Below are positions 1 to 12,830 of a stretch of 64,000 nt of DNA, piece by piece; the stretch's first letter is position 1, and every line of letters starts with the position of its first letter. The stretch comes from Eledone cirrhosa (taxonomy: Eukaryota). The translations under genes were made by a program, and so were the position numbers. Location: assembly GCA_964016885.1 (NCBI GenBank), contig OZ024740.1, positions 216,008,001-216,072,000 of the forward strand. Direction: 5' to 3'. The notes beneath the pieces are model-generated. The model was given only the letters and a program-made list of their open reading frames with translations, did no database searches and was not told the DNA's origin.

Positions 1-190
1 ATAGAGTGTCTTGCTCAAGGACATAATGCAACATGAAATAGAGCGTCTTGCTCAAAGACACACCACATCATGCTACAAGAGATAAAGTATCTTGCTGAAA
101 GACATAACACATCGCCAGGTCCGGGAATCAAACTTGCAACCTCACAATTACAGATACAATTCTCTAACCGCGAAGCTAAACACCTTCATA
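1..190 (-). mobile_element. CORE-type tRNA SINE fragment
   Basis: Reverse complement of TGTGTCCTTGAGCAAGACACT (CORE-like, locally triplicated) plus a degenerate tRNA-like head; same family as 39255. Confidence 0.6.
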
Positions 191-361
191 AGAGAATTAT
201 AACTACAAAACAAAAAGAACATCAGAGATATTTTTGATATCAGTGAATTATACTAAAAATAATGTTCTATGTGGACAGTTGTTGATTTATTACATAATAA
301 TTAGAGTAAAAGGAGGGGAAGAGCAAGGACTATTAGACTATTAGGTGAGAGTGGTGTTTTG

Positions 362-712
362 GCTGCACCTATTGGACAAAATGGCAAAGACATTTCCACA
401 GACAAGGGTCAGCAACACCCATTGCAACAGCCATCCCACCTTGCAGAGTTCCTCTTCAGGTGGGGCGCGATTGATCCAATTTTACAGAGATGGTCAGCTG
501 TCCAGAGTCTAAGGATACCTGAGGTTTCAACAGCGACATGTGTGAAGTGGAAGTGGCCAGACAGGCCCTGGTATTTGCTTGTCTTTCTGTCCTCTGCATT
601 GTGGGCTGTGATGCCAGGGTTTGTGACCAAGACAACAAAATTGGAGGTGGAGAACGTCACAGCATGTCGTGTCCCAGATCAGACATTTATCTCCTTCAAA
701 AGGGAGGAGGGT
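362..712 (-). mobile_element. 3' fragment of an RLE-endonuclease non-LTR retrotransposon (CRE-like), frameshifted
   Basis: Minus frames give DKCLIWDTTCCD, AHNAEDRKTSKYQGL..FTHVAVETSG and WLLQWVLLTLVCGN, matching the restriction-like endonuclease motifs WD.T, AE..K..KY, F.P.AVET.G and QRGN. Confidence 0.7.
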
Positions 713-1278
713 AATTCCATCTGTATTATATTAGAGTTCATTGTTATTATGTACATAGTTGTAAATTTATTACACAACACTGTGTAACAAAAAAAAAAAT
801 GTGTTCTCTGTTCCTGGCTTGTAATCACATTTTTTGTGTTGCTTCGGTCCCAAATAAATAAAAAAGTGCTATTAAACAGTTAAAAGTTTGGGTTTGTAAA
901 AATTCTAAGCTATTCGCTAGAATTTGTTGTATGATGGATTTTACATTGTATGTAAGTTTAATTTGCTTATGTTAAATGATTTTTTTATACATGTTTCAGG
1001 TTAAATTAAAATTATAAAATAAAGAGTAATACCTAAAGAAAATTATAAAAGTGAAATAAAGTATAAAATTGTTAAAAAGTGGATTAAAGAGATTTATTGA
1101 TTCTGGATTTTCGCACCCTGAATAAAGGGTAAGTTGTGTTTTAAGCACACATTTTCATTAGTATGATTAGTGTTCTTTTATATTATTTAAATATGTATTT
1201 CCCTTTCCAATATTTATTTTGTATTGCATATCAAATTTATTTTCCAAGACAAGTATTCTGATGAAGAGGAGGTGATGG

Positions 1279-2468
1279 ATGCTAAGGACTTGGATTACCT
1301 GCCTGAGGTACCAGAAAAAGTTCCTCACTTCCCAAACCAAAAAGAAGTCAATGACTTGGTCAGGGATATGGGTCCAATGCAGAGCTATTCGTCTCCAGGA
1401 TGAAGCAGTGGAACTTGGTCAAGAAGGAAGTGCAGGTGACAAGTCCGAGAAGTCGACACAAACCTTTCTCAGGCTTTTACACTCTTAGGCATGGCCTCTG
1501 CTATGACGTGCCTGGACTGTTTGACGTTATTGGGGTGCCGTTTGTGCCCAAGGAGTGGCTATTTATAGACAGCTCCACCACAAGTTTGAAGGCTGTCCTC
1601 CTCCACAATGAAAACAAGTTCCCGACACTGCCCCTAGCTCATTCAGTCTGCCTGAAGGAAGATTACTACAGTGTGAAAGTCGTCTTGGAAGCTCTACAAT
1701 ACAACCAGTACAATTGGAAAATCATTGGAGACTTCAAGATGGTGGCTTTCCTGCTTGGACTCCAAGGAGGCTTTATCAAATTCCAATGCTTCCTCTGCCT
1801 TTGGGACAGCAGAGCCACCTCTGACCACTACAAAAGAAAGAACTGGGAGCAGCAAACAGAATTTGTAGTTGGGACGCGGAACGTTAGGTGGGAGCCACTG
1901 GTTGATCCCAGGATTGTGCTCATGCCGCCACTGCACATTAAGTTGGGGTTGATGAAGCAGTTTGTGAAGGCTCAACCAAGAATCAGCCGCTTTTAAGTAC
2001 CTTCTTGAGTTCTTCCCCAAGTTATCTGAGGCCAAAATCAAAGGTGGAATTTTTGTTAGACCTCAGATAAAGAAGGTGTTTGAGTCTACCGAGTTCTCCA
2101 ATAAGCTCAATAGGATTGAGAGAACAACATGGAACTGTTTCAAGGCAGTTGTTAAGGGCTTCCTGGGCAACTACAAAGCTGAAAACTACCAGCAACTGGT
2201 GCAGGATCTTATAAAGGCTTTTGGTGCCATGGGATGCAGGATGTCGCTTAAACTCCATATGCTGGACGCTCACCTGAAAAAATTCAAGGACAATATGGGC
2301 GCCTACTCAGAAGAACAAGGCGAACGATTCCACCAAGATGTGAAAGAGATAGAGCGGAGGTACCAGGGCCACTACAATGAAAAAATGATGAGTGACTATA
2401 TCTGGGGGCTAGTGCGGAAATGCGACCTGGACTACAACTGCAAATCCAGGAAATCCAGTCATTTCTGA
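1279..2468 (+). pseudogene. Chapaev3-like transposase pseudogene (frameshift near 1975, N-terminus missing)
   Basis: EWLFIDSS..SLKAVLLHN, GDFKMVAFLLGLQGG, CFLCLWDSRA, PPLHIKLGLMKQFVKA, GFLGN, MSLKLHML.AHL, SEEQGERFHQD, RRYQG. Confidence 0.85.
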
Positions 2469-2666
2469 TGTGTATAAGTTGCTTTATAAGTGTTATTTGT
2501 TTTTACTTGTTTGCTTTTGATAAGCTTGTGTAATAAAATAAATATATACTCTGTTGATTTAATTATATGAACTGATAAATTAAAAAAAAATATGAAAATT
2601 TCGAAATATCAAACTCCTGACCACAAACCCAAACTTCTGATTAAATAATAGTGTTTTTTTTAATAA

Positions 2667-2852
2667 TAATTGTTTCTACTTTTGGCACAAGGCCAGCAAT
2701 TACCCAGTATATTACTGGTACTTTATTTTATCGACCCAGTAAGGATGAAAGGCAAAGTTAACCTCGGCGGGATTTGAACTCAGACCATAAAGGGCTGTAA
2801 CTCTTTGCTGCAAAGCATGGCGTCCGAGCCTCTCCCGATACTGCCAATTCAC
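2667..2852 (-). mobile_element. tRNA-derived SINE (Meta-like central domain) inserted in the transposon right TIR
   Basis: A box TGGCAGTATCGG, B box GAGTTCAAATCC, core CTTTGCCTTTCATCC..GGGTCGATAAAATAAAGTACCAG; AATAAT on both sides. Confidence 0.85.
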
Positions 2853-5300
2853 CAATAATGGGATATAACAAACCATGAAATGACACTTAGAACCGGGGAA
2901 CAAAAAATATGTTACACGGTGTAATTAGAGATATCTGTATTATATTAGAGAGTTCATTGCTGTTATGTACATTTCAGGAATGTCTTGTTGATGTGTTGTC
3001 ATGTATTACAGTATATCAACAGTTAAAGTCAATAATTTAGTTATGATATTTAAATGTAGTTTGAACATATAGCTGGCTTGCCATCACAGCTGGAACCAGT
3101 AGGGTTAGACTGAGGGGATGGCAAAAGGCCAGACTGCATCACAATCTTCCTGTTCCAAAATAGTAAATTCCTGGTAAGGGATGCACACAAACATTTTGTT
3201 TTGATCGACATGTTTAGAATTTTATGATTTTTTGTGTTTGTTTTGTTTAATGCCTATTTTTTCATATTAAGCTAAAGGGTTAATGCCTATTTTTCCAGGC
3301 ATGCATTTTGTTGGAACAGATGTGTTTTTTTTCAGTTAGATGTCCCTCCAACTGCTAACAAATGCATGGCTAAATTTAAGTTAAAATATTTGACTGCCAC
3401 AGAGACTGAAGTCAAAAAGTCTTGTGTCTTGCTGAGGACCACAACATAAAGAGGGGGCTGTAAAAGGTTTTAGAATCAGTATTTAGTGAAACAAACATTA
3501 CTTTAATACGGAACCTGTAAAAGTAAATTGATGATGATGGCTGAATAGTTTACATCAAACTGAAGATATAGCAAATCAACAACAGCTCATAACTTGCAAT
3601 ATAATATTTATGGTTGACAATGCTGACAGAATGACACTTGATTCAACGAAGAAAGGTTTTTCTCACTCAATCATAAATCACTGCTAAGGTTAAAGCTATA
3701 TTTGGTAAAAAAAACAAAAAACAAACAACAAAAACCATTCTTCAAGATTACACAGGAATCTAGAAAATCTATGATATCATTAAAGACATGAATACAGAAG
3801 TCAGAGTAGAAACCTTTAACTACATCAAACATCATCAATTTCTTCTTCATCTTCTCCACCTCCTCACATCCAACAAACTGTCTTTCATTGCTTGTCTATT
3901 AGAATACAAGTTGGTCTGCTCACTAAAACATTACAAAATATTGGTATTGGCATTGCTTATTTATTCCAAGTCAAAGAAATACTTTTTTAAACTTTTGCTT
4001 TGTTTCATTTTCTTTTTTTATTACGACAAAACAAAATAAAAAAGGAAATGGCCAAAGATTTGCTTTCTATCTCTGACATTTATAATAAAGATGGAGTGAG
4101 AAACCAAAATCACAACCAATAATGATATAACTAACTGTCTTTAATCTGTTTCGGTTTTGTTTTTCTTCTGTTTTCAACTGGATAGGTCACAGCTAAATCT
4201 ATCATTTTTATAGCGAAAGTTACTTAGCCAACAATTAAAGAACCATTTTATACAATAGAACACTAAAGAGGACATTGTATGTTCCAAACAAACTAACCAA
4301 CAATCATCAGTTTTTTTTTTCAATGGTTATTTTCTCAAACATTTCTCTATCTTCTCCTGTCTGAGAGAACCACTTCAGCTTGGAGTTTTATTTCCAAAAC
4401 TTTCACTTTAATACTTCCATGAAATGGAAGTTGTTTTTACTTCCATATTCAGTGAAGAACTACTATATTCCAAATATTAAACTAAAATACTGCTTTTGTT
4501 TCATGTATATTAATAATATAGTTCTTTCTGTCTGTAATGGTGATATATTGTGAAACCTAGCTCAAAGTAATGGTCTAAATAATTGATTCTTTACCAACAC
4601 CTAACTTGGTTTCTCCTTCTTTCTCTCTTTCACTCAAACACACACACACAGACTGGCTCTGTTTTCAGCAGTCACAGTCTAAGCTAATTTACAAACACTG
4701 TCCATACAGACAACAGCCTCATCTGTTTCACCTGCAACTTAACCAGAAAGATTATGTCCATAGCAATAAAATTTACTGCAGTTGTCCTCACATTATCATA
4801 ATCATTTTTATAATAATGTATTTAAATATCGAAGTTTTGTTGGAACCTTACCAGTTTCCATTCTAGATTAAATATTATCTCAGTTAAGATATTTCATTCC
4901 AATATTCTCCTCCAAAGAATCCCGAGATATTTAAAAATATTTTCAATAGTAACAGTCTTAAAGAGAAAAAATGAATTTTTTAAAATTATTGTAGTGGTTT
5001 CAGTCACTGGACTGGGGTCATGCTTGGTCACAAGGTTTTCGACAACCATATCAACCCCTATACTTATTTTTAAATCTGGTAAATATTCTGTCAAACGAGA
5101 CATAAACAAACAACCAGCTGTTAAGCAGTATAAACATAAATACACACACACTTTATACACTGGAACATACAAGCTTAACATGCTCCCCAGTGGGACTGAA
5201 ACCAAAAGCATGAGTTTGCAAAGCAAACTTTTTTTACCATACAGGCATTGCTTCTGTTATTTCTTCTCTCTCTCTCTCTTTTATATATATATATATATTT

Positions 5301-5680
5301 ATTAAAATAACAGATTAAAGTTTAAGCAAAGAATATGACGTATTATCTTCGTTTTTTCCGTTCATTGCCAGAGAACGTCTCTATGAACCACCTAAGAGAA
5401 TATTAGTCTACGACTTCTTTTATACCATAAATGTGGTTCTGTCTTTGGGTGTAATTGTTTTTCACCGCTCCAAATAATAACGTATTATATTCGTTTTTTC
5501 CCATTCTTTGCCAGGGAACGTTTCCACGAACCAAAGTATCGTCTTCCTGTCTTCCCCCGGTTGCAACGTTTTTTGAAATATTCACTTCTGCGTTTACAGA
5601 TTGACTTTATTAGTTTCAGAAGATCCCGTTAAGGGTGAAAGCAGCGATTCTTTGCTTAAACTTTAATCTGTTATTTTAAT
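5301..5680. mobile_element. fold-back element, probably Penelope-like remnant
   Basis: 34-bp inverted arms ATTAAAATAACAGATTAAAGTTTAAGCAAAGAAT at 5301 and about 5647; degenerate hammerhead-like CAGAAGATCCC-GTTAA-GGGTGAAA near 5618. Confidence 0.5.
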
Positions 5681-5770
5681 AAATATTTGCTCTACGGTTC
5701 TTATATATTTGATATATATTTATCCTTATCGAGCCCTCTTTGGATTTTAGTCTTCAAATTTATTATTATT

Positions 5771-5809
<39 letters not shown>

Positions 5810-5974
5810 AGGGATAACAAAATATTGTTATAGGTAATCCAGTTAGAGGTTGTGAATAATTTGTATTATGGATAGTTTTAGCGTACGGCATTGTTTGACT
5901 CAACAAGAGGTTTATGTAGGTGGTAAGTTTATGAGTTCTCTTGCATTCCTATGTAAGTTTATCTTGGAGTAATA

Positions 5975-6170
5975 ATATTGAAAGAGTGAAGAATAACATG
6001 GTCAACAGTACAAAAAAGGGTTTTATTTACAGTCTAACAACGTATTTAAAATTGAGTGGCACAGCTCCAAGTGTTCAGCAATTTTTAGACAATCAGTGAA
6101 ACAATTGTTAGACTGTAAATAAAACCCTTTTTTGTACTGTTGACCATGTTATTCTTCACTCTTTCAATAT
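5975..6170. repeat. ~65-bp perfect inverted repeat next to (TA)n
   Basis: ATATTGAAAGAGTGAAGAATAACATGGTCAACAGTACAAAAAAGGGTTTTATTTACAGTCTAACAA and its reverse complement. Confidence 0.8.
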
Positions 6171-6273
6171 ATATATATATATAACACATACTTACTTGTC
6201 ATATATATATATAACCCATGCAAGTGTGGGAAAATGGATGGTAAACAATGACGATGATGATATATATATTATA

Positions 6274-6900
6274 CTAGCAGTGGTATCCGGCGTTGCACGG
6301 GATAAGGTATTTTGGAACGCGGGCTACCAACAGACCTAATCGTGGAACAACTGCATGCCTGGACAATATGTAAAGAAAATAAACCGAATACTCTGATGGC
6401 TGGATAATCTTTAAGATTTTTGTCGATGATGCAGGAAAAATGTAGGTTTTCACCTAATTCGGACCCTAGGGGATCAAGAAAATTAATTTTTTTTATGTGC
6501 ATGTATGCCTTGAAATTTCGGGAAAATCGGCTAAACGTAACACCTCAAAAAAGCCCTAAAAAGCTGAAAAAATGAAGTTTTTCACCTAATGCGGGCCTTA
6601 GGCCATAAAAAGTTGGATTTTCTTTGCTCACGGTATGAAGAAGAGACTGACTAATACATAGTTACAATTTCAAGGAAATTGGTCTGACGTAACACCTCAA
6701 AAAAACCTAAAAAGCTGAGAAACGCAGTTTTTCACCTAGGGGGATCAAAAAGTTGAATTTTTTTATGTGCATAACACTCCTTGAAACATAAGTAATACAC
6801 ATGTTAAGTTTGAAAAATTGGTTGGGTACTTCTCGAGTTTTAGGTATTCAAACTCACAGACACACACACAGAAAGACATCCTCAGTTTTATATATATAGA
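6274..6900 (-). mobile_element. complete non-autonomous Helitron
   Basis: Minus strand starts A|TCTATATATATAAAA and ends CCCGTGCAACGCCGG (hairpin) ATACCACTGCTAG|T; inserted between A and T with no TSD; internal ~140-bp repeats. Confidence 0.85.
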
Positions 6901-6924
6901 TTATATTATTTATGTTCTTACATA

Positions 6925-7300
6925 GAACAAAAGCGCTACACAAGGTTTCAAGGTCCAAATATGACCATATCTTCAGAATACAAGTGACATCAAAATAGTG
7001 ACCTTTCTTCAGACGTTAATGCGAGTTTATAAGATAGCATTAAAAGTAAATTTTGCTAAGAACGCGTGTTTACGAAAGATAATGTCATAGAACAAATGGA
7101 AACAACTCCAAGATGTAAATATGAATTATGAGATCAACCATGTGTTTGTGTTTGTAGAGCAGAAGTATTGTATTATGTGGTGGAATGTAATATAGAGACA
7201 GTAATATTTATTAAGGTATGGAGTATAGAAAATGTATTTGCATTAAGTATGGAATGAAAACAATATTTAGTCGAACGGAAAGAGTGAAATTTTTAGAGGA
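6925..7300 (-). mobile_element. Penelope-like 3' remnant with degenerate hammerhead motif
   Basis: Minus CTGAAGATATGGTC-ATATTTG-GACCTTGAAAC at about 6945-6980, downstream of a decayed ORF-end-like segment (..FHSILNA). Confidence 0.4.
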
Positions 7301-7535
7301 TGCCTCCATCTCAAAACTCAACTGCTTGCTAAGTGGAAATATTCAACAAATTCCACTGTTTTCAACCACCTTAATTTTATTTATATACTTCCGTTGTATC
7401 TTTTCTTTCTCTTTCTACACTTACTTAATACTTGTTATGATTGTTGATCCAGTTGTCATTGCTGTTACAGATGTTCTTGTTTTTATTGTTGCCAAGGTTT
7501 CTATGGTTGGTATTATAGACAACCAATAAGGTTAA

Positions 7536-8345
7536 ATCTTAAGGTGCATTACAGTGTAGTTGTTAGACAAGGTCTTAAGGTACATTACAGTGTAGTTAGA
7601 CAAGGTCTTAAGGTATATTACAGTGTAGTTGTTAGACAACGTCTTAAGGTGCATTACAGTGTAGTTAGACAAGGTCTTAAGGTACATTACAGTGTAGTTG
7701 TTAGACAAGGTCTTAAGGTACATTACAGTGTAGTTAGACAAGGTCTTAAGGTACATTACAGTGTAGTTGTTAGACAAGGTCTTAAGGTATATTACAGTGT
7801 AGTTGTCAGACAAGGTCTTAAGGTATATTACAGTGTAGTTGTTAGATAAGGTCTTAAGGTATATTACAGTGTAGTTGTTAGACAAGGTCTTAAGGTACAT
7901 TACAGTGTAGTTGTTAGACAAGGTCTTAAGGTACATTACAGTGTAGTTGTTAGACAAGGTCTTAAGGTACATTACAGTGTAGTTAGACAAGGTCTTAAGG
8001 TATACTACAGTGTAGTTGTTAGACAAGGTCTTAAGGTATATTACAGTGTAGTTGTTAGACAAGGTCTTAAGCTACATTACAGTGTAGTTGTTAGACAAGG
8101 TCTTAAGGTACATTACAGTGTAGTTAGAGAAGGTCTTAAGGTATACTACAGTGTAGTTGTTAGACAAGGTATTAAGGTATATTACAGTGTAGTTGTTAGA
8201 CAAGGTCTTAAGGTACATTACAGTGTAGTTGTTAGACAACATCTTAAGGTATATTACAGTGTAGTTGTTAGACAAGGTCTTAAGGTATATTACAGTGTAG
8301 TTGTTAGACAAGGTCTAAGGGTATATTTCAGCGTAGTTAGACAAT
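7536..8345. repeat. 36/33-bp minisatellite, decaying to about 8770
   Basis: Unit TTACAGTGTAGTT(GTT)AGACAAGGTCTTAAGGTACA, about 23 copies. Confidence 0.95.
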
Positions 8346-9117
8346 GTCATAATGTTTTATAGTAGGTAGTTGTAAGACAAACTCTTAAGGTATTAAGGAA
8401 ATCTCTAAAGGTTTTATTTCAGAGTAATAATAAGCCAAAATCTATTTTGGGTTAGTAGTAAGACAATGTCTTAAAGTTTCATTGCTGGATAGTACTAATT
8501 AAATATTCTATTTTAGGACAGTTGTAAGACAGTTTTAAGGTGTAATTTTAGGACAGTAGTAAGACAGTTTTAAGGTGTAATTTTAGGACAGTACTAATTA
8601 AATGTTTTATTTTAGGGTAATAGTAAGACAAGGTCTTCTTCTTCTTCTTGCTCGATGGGACTGGGGTCATCCTAAATCAGCAATCCTGGAGGCGTCATTG
8701 TGTGTAGAGCCAAAAGACAAAGTCTTGAGGTTATATCTTGAACTTGTAGCAAGACAAGGTCTAAATAGAAAAATTGTATCGCCACAATATATTTTGATCA
8801 AAGGTTGGGTGGTGGAAGTCACTGGCATTAGAACTGCATGATTCTTAACAAAAGATTCTATGGCTTCTGACTGGCAGATCCTATGTTAATCTTAGATAAT
8901 CCTGCTATATTCTTATCTTGGAAGAGCCAAACAAAGCAAATACTCTGAAGTAAAATAATTATTGTGTTCTTTAGGTTAGTACCTAGTGGTACCTTAGACA
9001 CTGAAACTACATCAAAAGATTCTTTTGTTCAATAATTTTATTGTAATTTTACACACATACATTATATATATATATAAATATGCATACACATATCTATTCA
9101 CACACACACACACACAC

Positions 9118-9180
<63 letters not shown>

Positions 9181-9292
9181 CACACATATCTATCTCTATA
9201 TATATATATATATATACATACATATACATACCTATTCATAGACACACACTTACACATGTATATATGTGTGTGAATACATACCTACTCACAGA

Positions 9293-9323
<31 letters not shown>

Positions 9324-9485
9324 TCTTATGAGTAAGTTGATACATATACACTAAAATAGTGCCTGTTAGATTATGTTCTCACATGTGTATAGTTAAATAC
9401 ATATACATACACACACTTATACAAACATCACATGCAAACACACATCTACAACAGTATGCATATCATATGTGTGTATATATATATA

Positions 9486-9540
<55 letters not shown>

Positions 9541-9720
9541 CAAGCGTTAAATATTTCTTCCATGTACTGCGCTGTTTGTTTTGTTATTTCTGTTTACCTT
9601 TTACATATATATATTTGTAAGTATGTAAAAAGTAAACAGAAATAACAAACCAACCAACACAGTACATTGCAGAAATATATTGCAGCCCACACTATAAAAA
9701 GTAAACAGAAATAACAAACA

Positions 9721-11760
9721 TATGTGGGTGTCACAACAAAAAGCACCCAGCCCACACTGTAAAGGGATTATGTGGGTGTCACAACAAAAAACACCTAGCC
9801 CACACTGTAAAGTGATTGTGTGGGTGTCACAACAAAAAGCACCCAGCCCACTGTAAAGGGATTATGTGGGTGTCACAACAAAAAGCACCCAGCCCACACT
9901 GTAAAGTGATTATGTGGGTGTCACAACAAAAAGCACCCAGCCCACTGTAAAGTGATTATGTGGGTGTCACAACAAAAAGCACCCAGCCCACACTGTAAAG
10001 GGATTGTGTGGGTGTCACAACAAAAAACACCTAGCCCACACTGTAAAGTGATTATGTGGGTGTCACAACAAAAAGCACCCAGCCCACTGTAAAGGGATTA
10101 TGTGGGTGTCACAACAAAAAACACCTAGCCCACACTGTAAAGGGATTATGTGGGTGTCACAACAAAAAACACCTAGCCCACACTGTAAAGGGATTATGTG
10201 GGTGTCACAACAAAAAGCACCCAGCCCACACTGTAAAGTGATTGTGTGGGTGTCACAACAAAAAGCACCCAGCCCACACTGTAAAGTGATTATGTGGGTG
10301 TCACAACAAAAAGCACCCAGCCCACACTGTAAAGTGATTGTGTGGGTGTCACAACAAAAAGCACCCAGCCCACACTGTAAAGTGATTATGTGGGTGTCAC
10401 AACAAAAAGCACCCAGCCCACACTGTAAAGTGATTATGTGGGTGTCACAACAAAAAGCACCCAGCCCACACTGTAAAGTGATTATGTGGGTGTCACAACA
10501 AAAAGCACCCAGCCCACTGTAAAGGGATTATGTGGGTGTCACAACAAAAAACACCTAGCCCACACTGTAAAGTGATTGTGTGGGTGTCACAACAAAAAGC
10601 ACCCAGCCCACTGTAAAGGGATTATGTGGGTGTCACAACAAAAAACACCTAGCCCACACTGTAAAGTGATTGTGTGGGTGTCACAACAAAAAGCACCCAG
10701 CCCACACTGTAAAGTGATTATGTGGGTGTCACAACAAAAAGCACCCAGCCCACACTGTAAAGTGATTGTGTGGGTGTCACAACAAAAAGCACCCAGCCCA
10801 CACTGTAAAGTGATTATGTGGGTGTCACAACAAAAAGCACCCAGCCCACACTGTAAAGTGATTGTGTGGGTGTCACAACAAAAAGCACCCAGTCCACACT
10901 GTAAAGTGATTGTGTGGGTGTCACAACAAAAAGCACCCAGCCCACTGTAAAGGGATTATGTGGGTGTCACAACAAAAAACACCTAGCCCACACTGTAAAG
11001 TGATTGTGTGGGTGTCACAACAAAAAGCACCCAGCCCACTGTAAAGGGATTATGTGGGTGTCACAACAAAAAACACCTAGCCCACACTGTAAAGTGATTG
11101 TGTGGGTGTCACAACAAAAAGCACCCAGCCCACACTGTAAAGTGATTGTGTGGGTGTCACAACAAAAAGCACCCAGCCCACACTGTAAAGTGATTATGTG
11201 GGTGTCACAACAAAAAGCACCCAGCCCACACTGTAAAGTGATTGTGTGGGTGTCACAACAAAAAGCACCCAGCCCACTGTAAAGGGATTATGTGGGTGTC
11301 ACAACAAAAAACACCTAGCCCACACTGTAAAGTGATTGTGTGGGTGTCACAACAAAAAGCACCCAGTCCACACTGTAAAGTGATTGTGTGGGTGTCACAA
11401 CAAAAAGCACCCAGTCCACAGTGTAAAGTGATTATGTGGGTGTCACAACAAAAAGCACCCAGCCCAAACTGTAAAGTGATTGTGTGGGTGTCACAACAAA
11501 AAGCACCCAGCCCATACTGTAAAGTGATTATGTGGGTGTCACAACAAAAAACACCTAGCCCACACTGTAAAGTGTTCGTGTAGGAGTCAAGACAAAAAGC
11601 ACCCAGCACACGTTGTAAATGTGGTTGGCATTAGGAAGGGCATCCAGCTGTAGAAACCTAGCCAGAAACAGTTCTATATGAACAAGACACAGTCACCAAC
11701 TTTCCTCTAATGGGACAACCTGTCTAACCCATTCTAGTGTGGCAAATGGATGTTAAATGA
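9721..11760 (+). repeat. 48/46-bp minisatellite running into a SINE/RTE-type 3' tail
   Basis: Unit GTGGGTGTCACAACAAAAAGCACCCAGCCCACACTGTAAAGTGATTAT, about 39 copies, then GTTGGCATTAGGAAGGGCATCCAGCTGTAGAAAC..GGATGTTAAATGATGAT. Confidence 0.95.
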
Positions 11761-11789
11761 TGATCATGATGATATATATATATATCATC

Positions 11790-12025
11790 ACATCATTGTT
11801 TAACGTCCATTTTTCAACATTTGCATGGGTTAGGCATGTCAGGTCAAATGACCATGTCTTACTCATACGGATCTGTATTTTGGCTTGGATTCTATGGTTG
11901 GATGCCCTTTCTAATGCCAACCATCTTACAGTATGGAGTGGATGCTTTTTCAAAGTGTCAGCATCACAGCCCCCTTTCAGGGTGAACTGAGTGCTTTTTT
12001 TATGTCACCAACACGACCACCTTAA
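11790..12025 (-). mobile_element. SINE/RTE-type 3' tail fragment
   Basis: TTTAACGTCCATTTTTC..GGATGCCCTTTCTAATGCCAACC (reverse of the shared tail). Confidence 0.65.
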
Positions 12026-12042
12026 TGCATAGATATACATAT

Positions 12043-12083
<41 letters not shown>

Positions 12084-12711
12084 CAAACACACACATACAT
12101 GCATATTCACTGCATTGATTGTTTTTATCTCTGACTTAATACTTTTTCTTTCAGTCTTACCCTGACAGGTATTTTATTGCTCTCATTTTCTCTCTTTTCT
12201 CTTGCTCTCATGTACTCTCTCTCACGTTCTCTCCCTCCCTCCCTCTTCTACTCTATGAATCCATATACAGAGTTCACTTATTAAATCTTTGGCTTTCCAG
12301 AATGGTTTGAAGTAAATAAAAATCCAAGAAAATTTATAAAACAAATGAAATAGTAAAAAAATCATTATGTAATGGAGTTGTGGAACCAAACTATATTTTA
12401 AATGACATTTTAAACATCAAAATATCAAAACATTTAAAATATATTTTATACTCATGAGAATTTCAAAACCATGCCAACTAAAAATATTGTGTTGATTAGC
12501 TGCCTCAGCTTAAAAACAGAGTTTGGATTTCTGACAATTTCTCAGACATAAAATAGTGCGGGGAGGGGACTTATATTCAAGATTATACAGTATATATATA
12601 TATATATATATATATAATCATCGTTTTTACATGCCTGCATGGGTTGTGTTGAAAAGGACCCATCCAACCTATGCAAACATGGAAAAATGGACAAAATGAT
12701 GATGATGATGA

Positions 12712-12780
<69 letters not shown>

Positions 12781-12830
12781 AGAAGGAATTTATAGTTTAC
12801 TTGAAGCATTGTATATGGTATAAAGAATTC

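Larger units (their letters stand above)
778..2921 (+). mobile_element. Chapaev3-like (CMC superfamily) DNA transposon, internally deleted
   Basis: Termini CACTGTGTAACA and TGTTACACGGTG; subterminal inverted match AAGTTTGGGTTTGT/ACAAACCCAAACTT; transposase inside; family assignment from recalled motifs. Confidence 0.8.
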
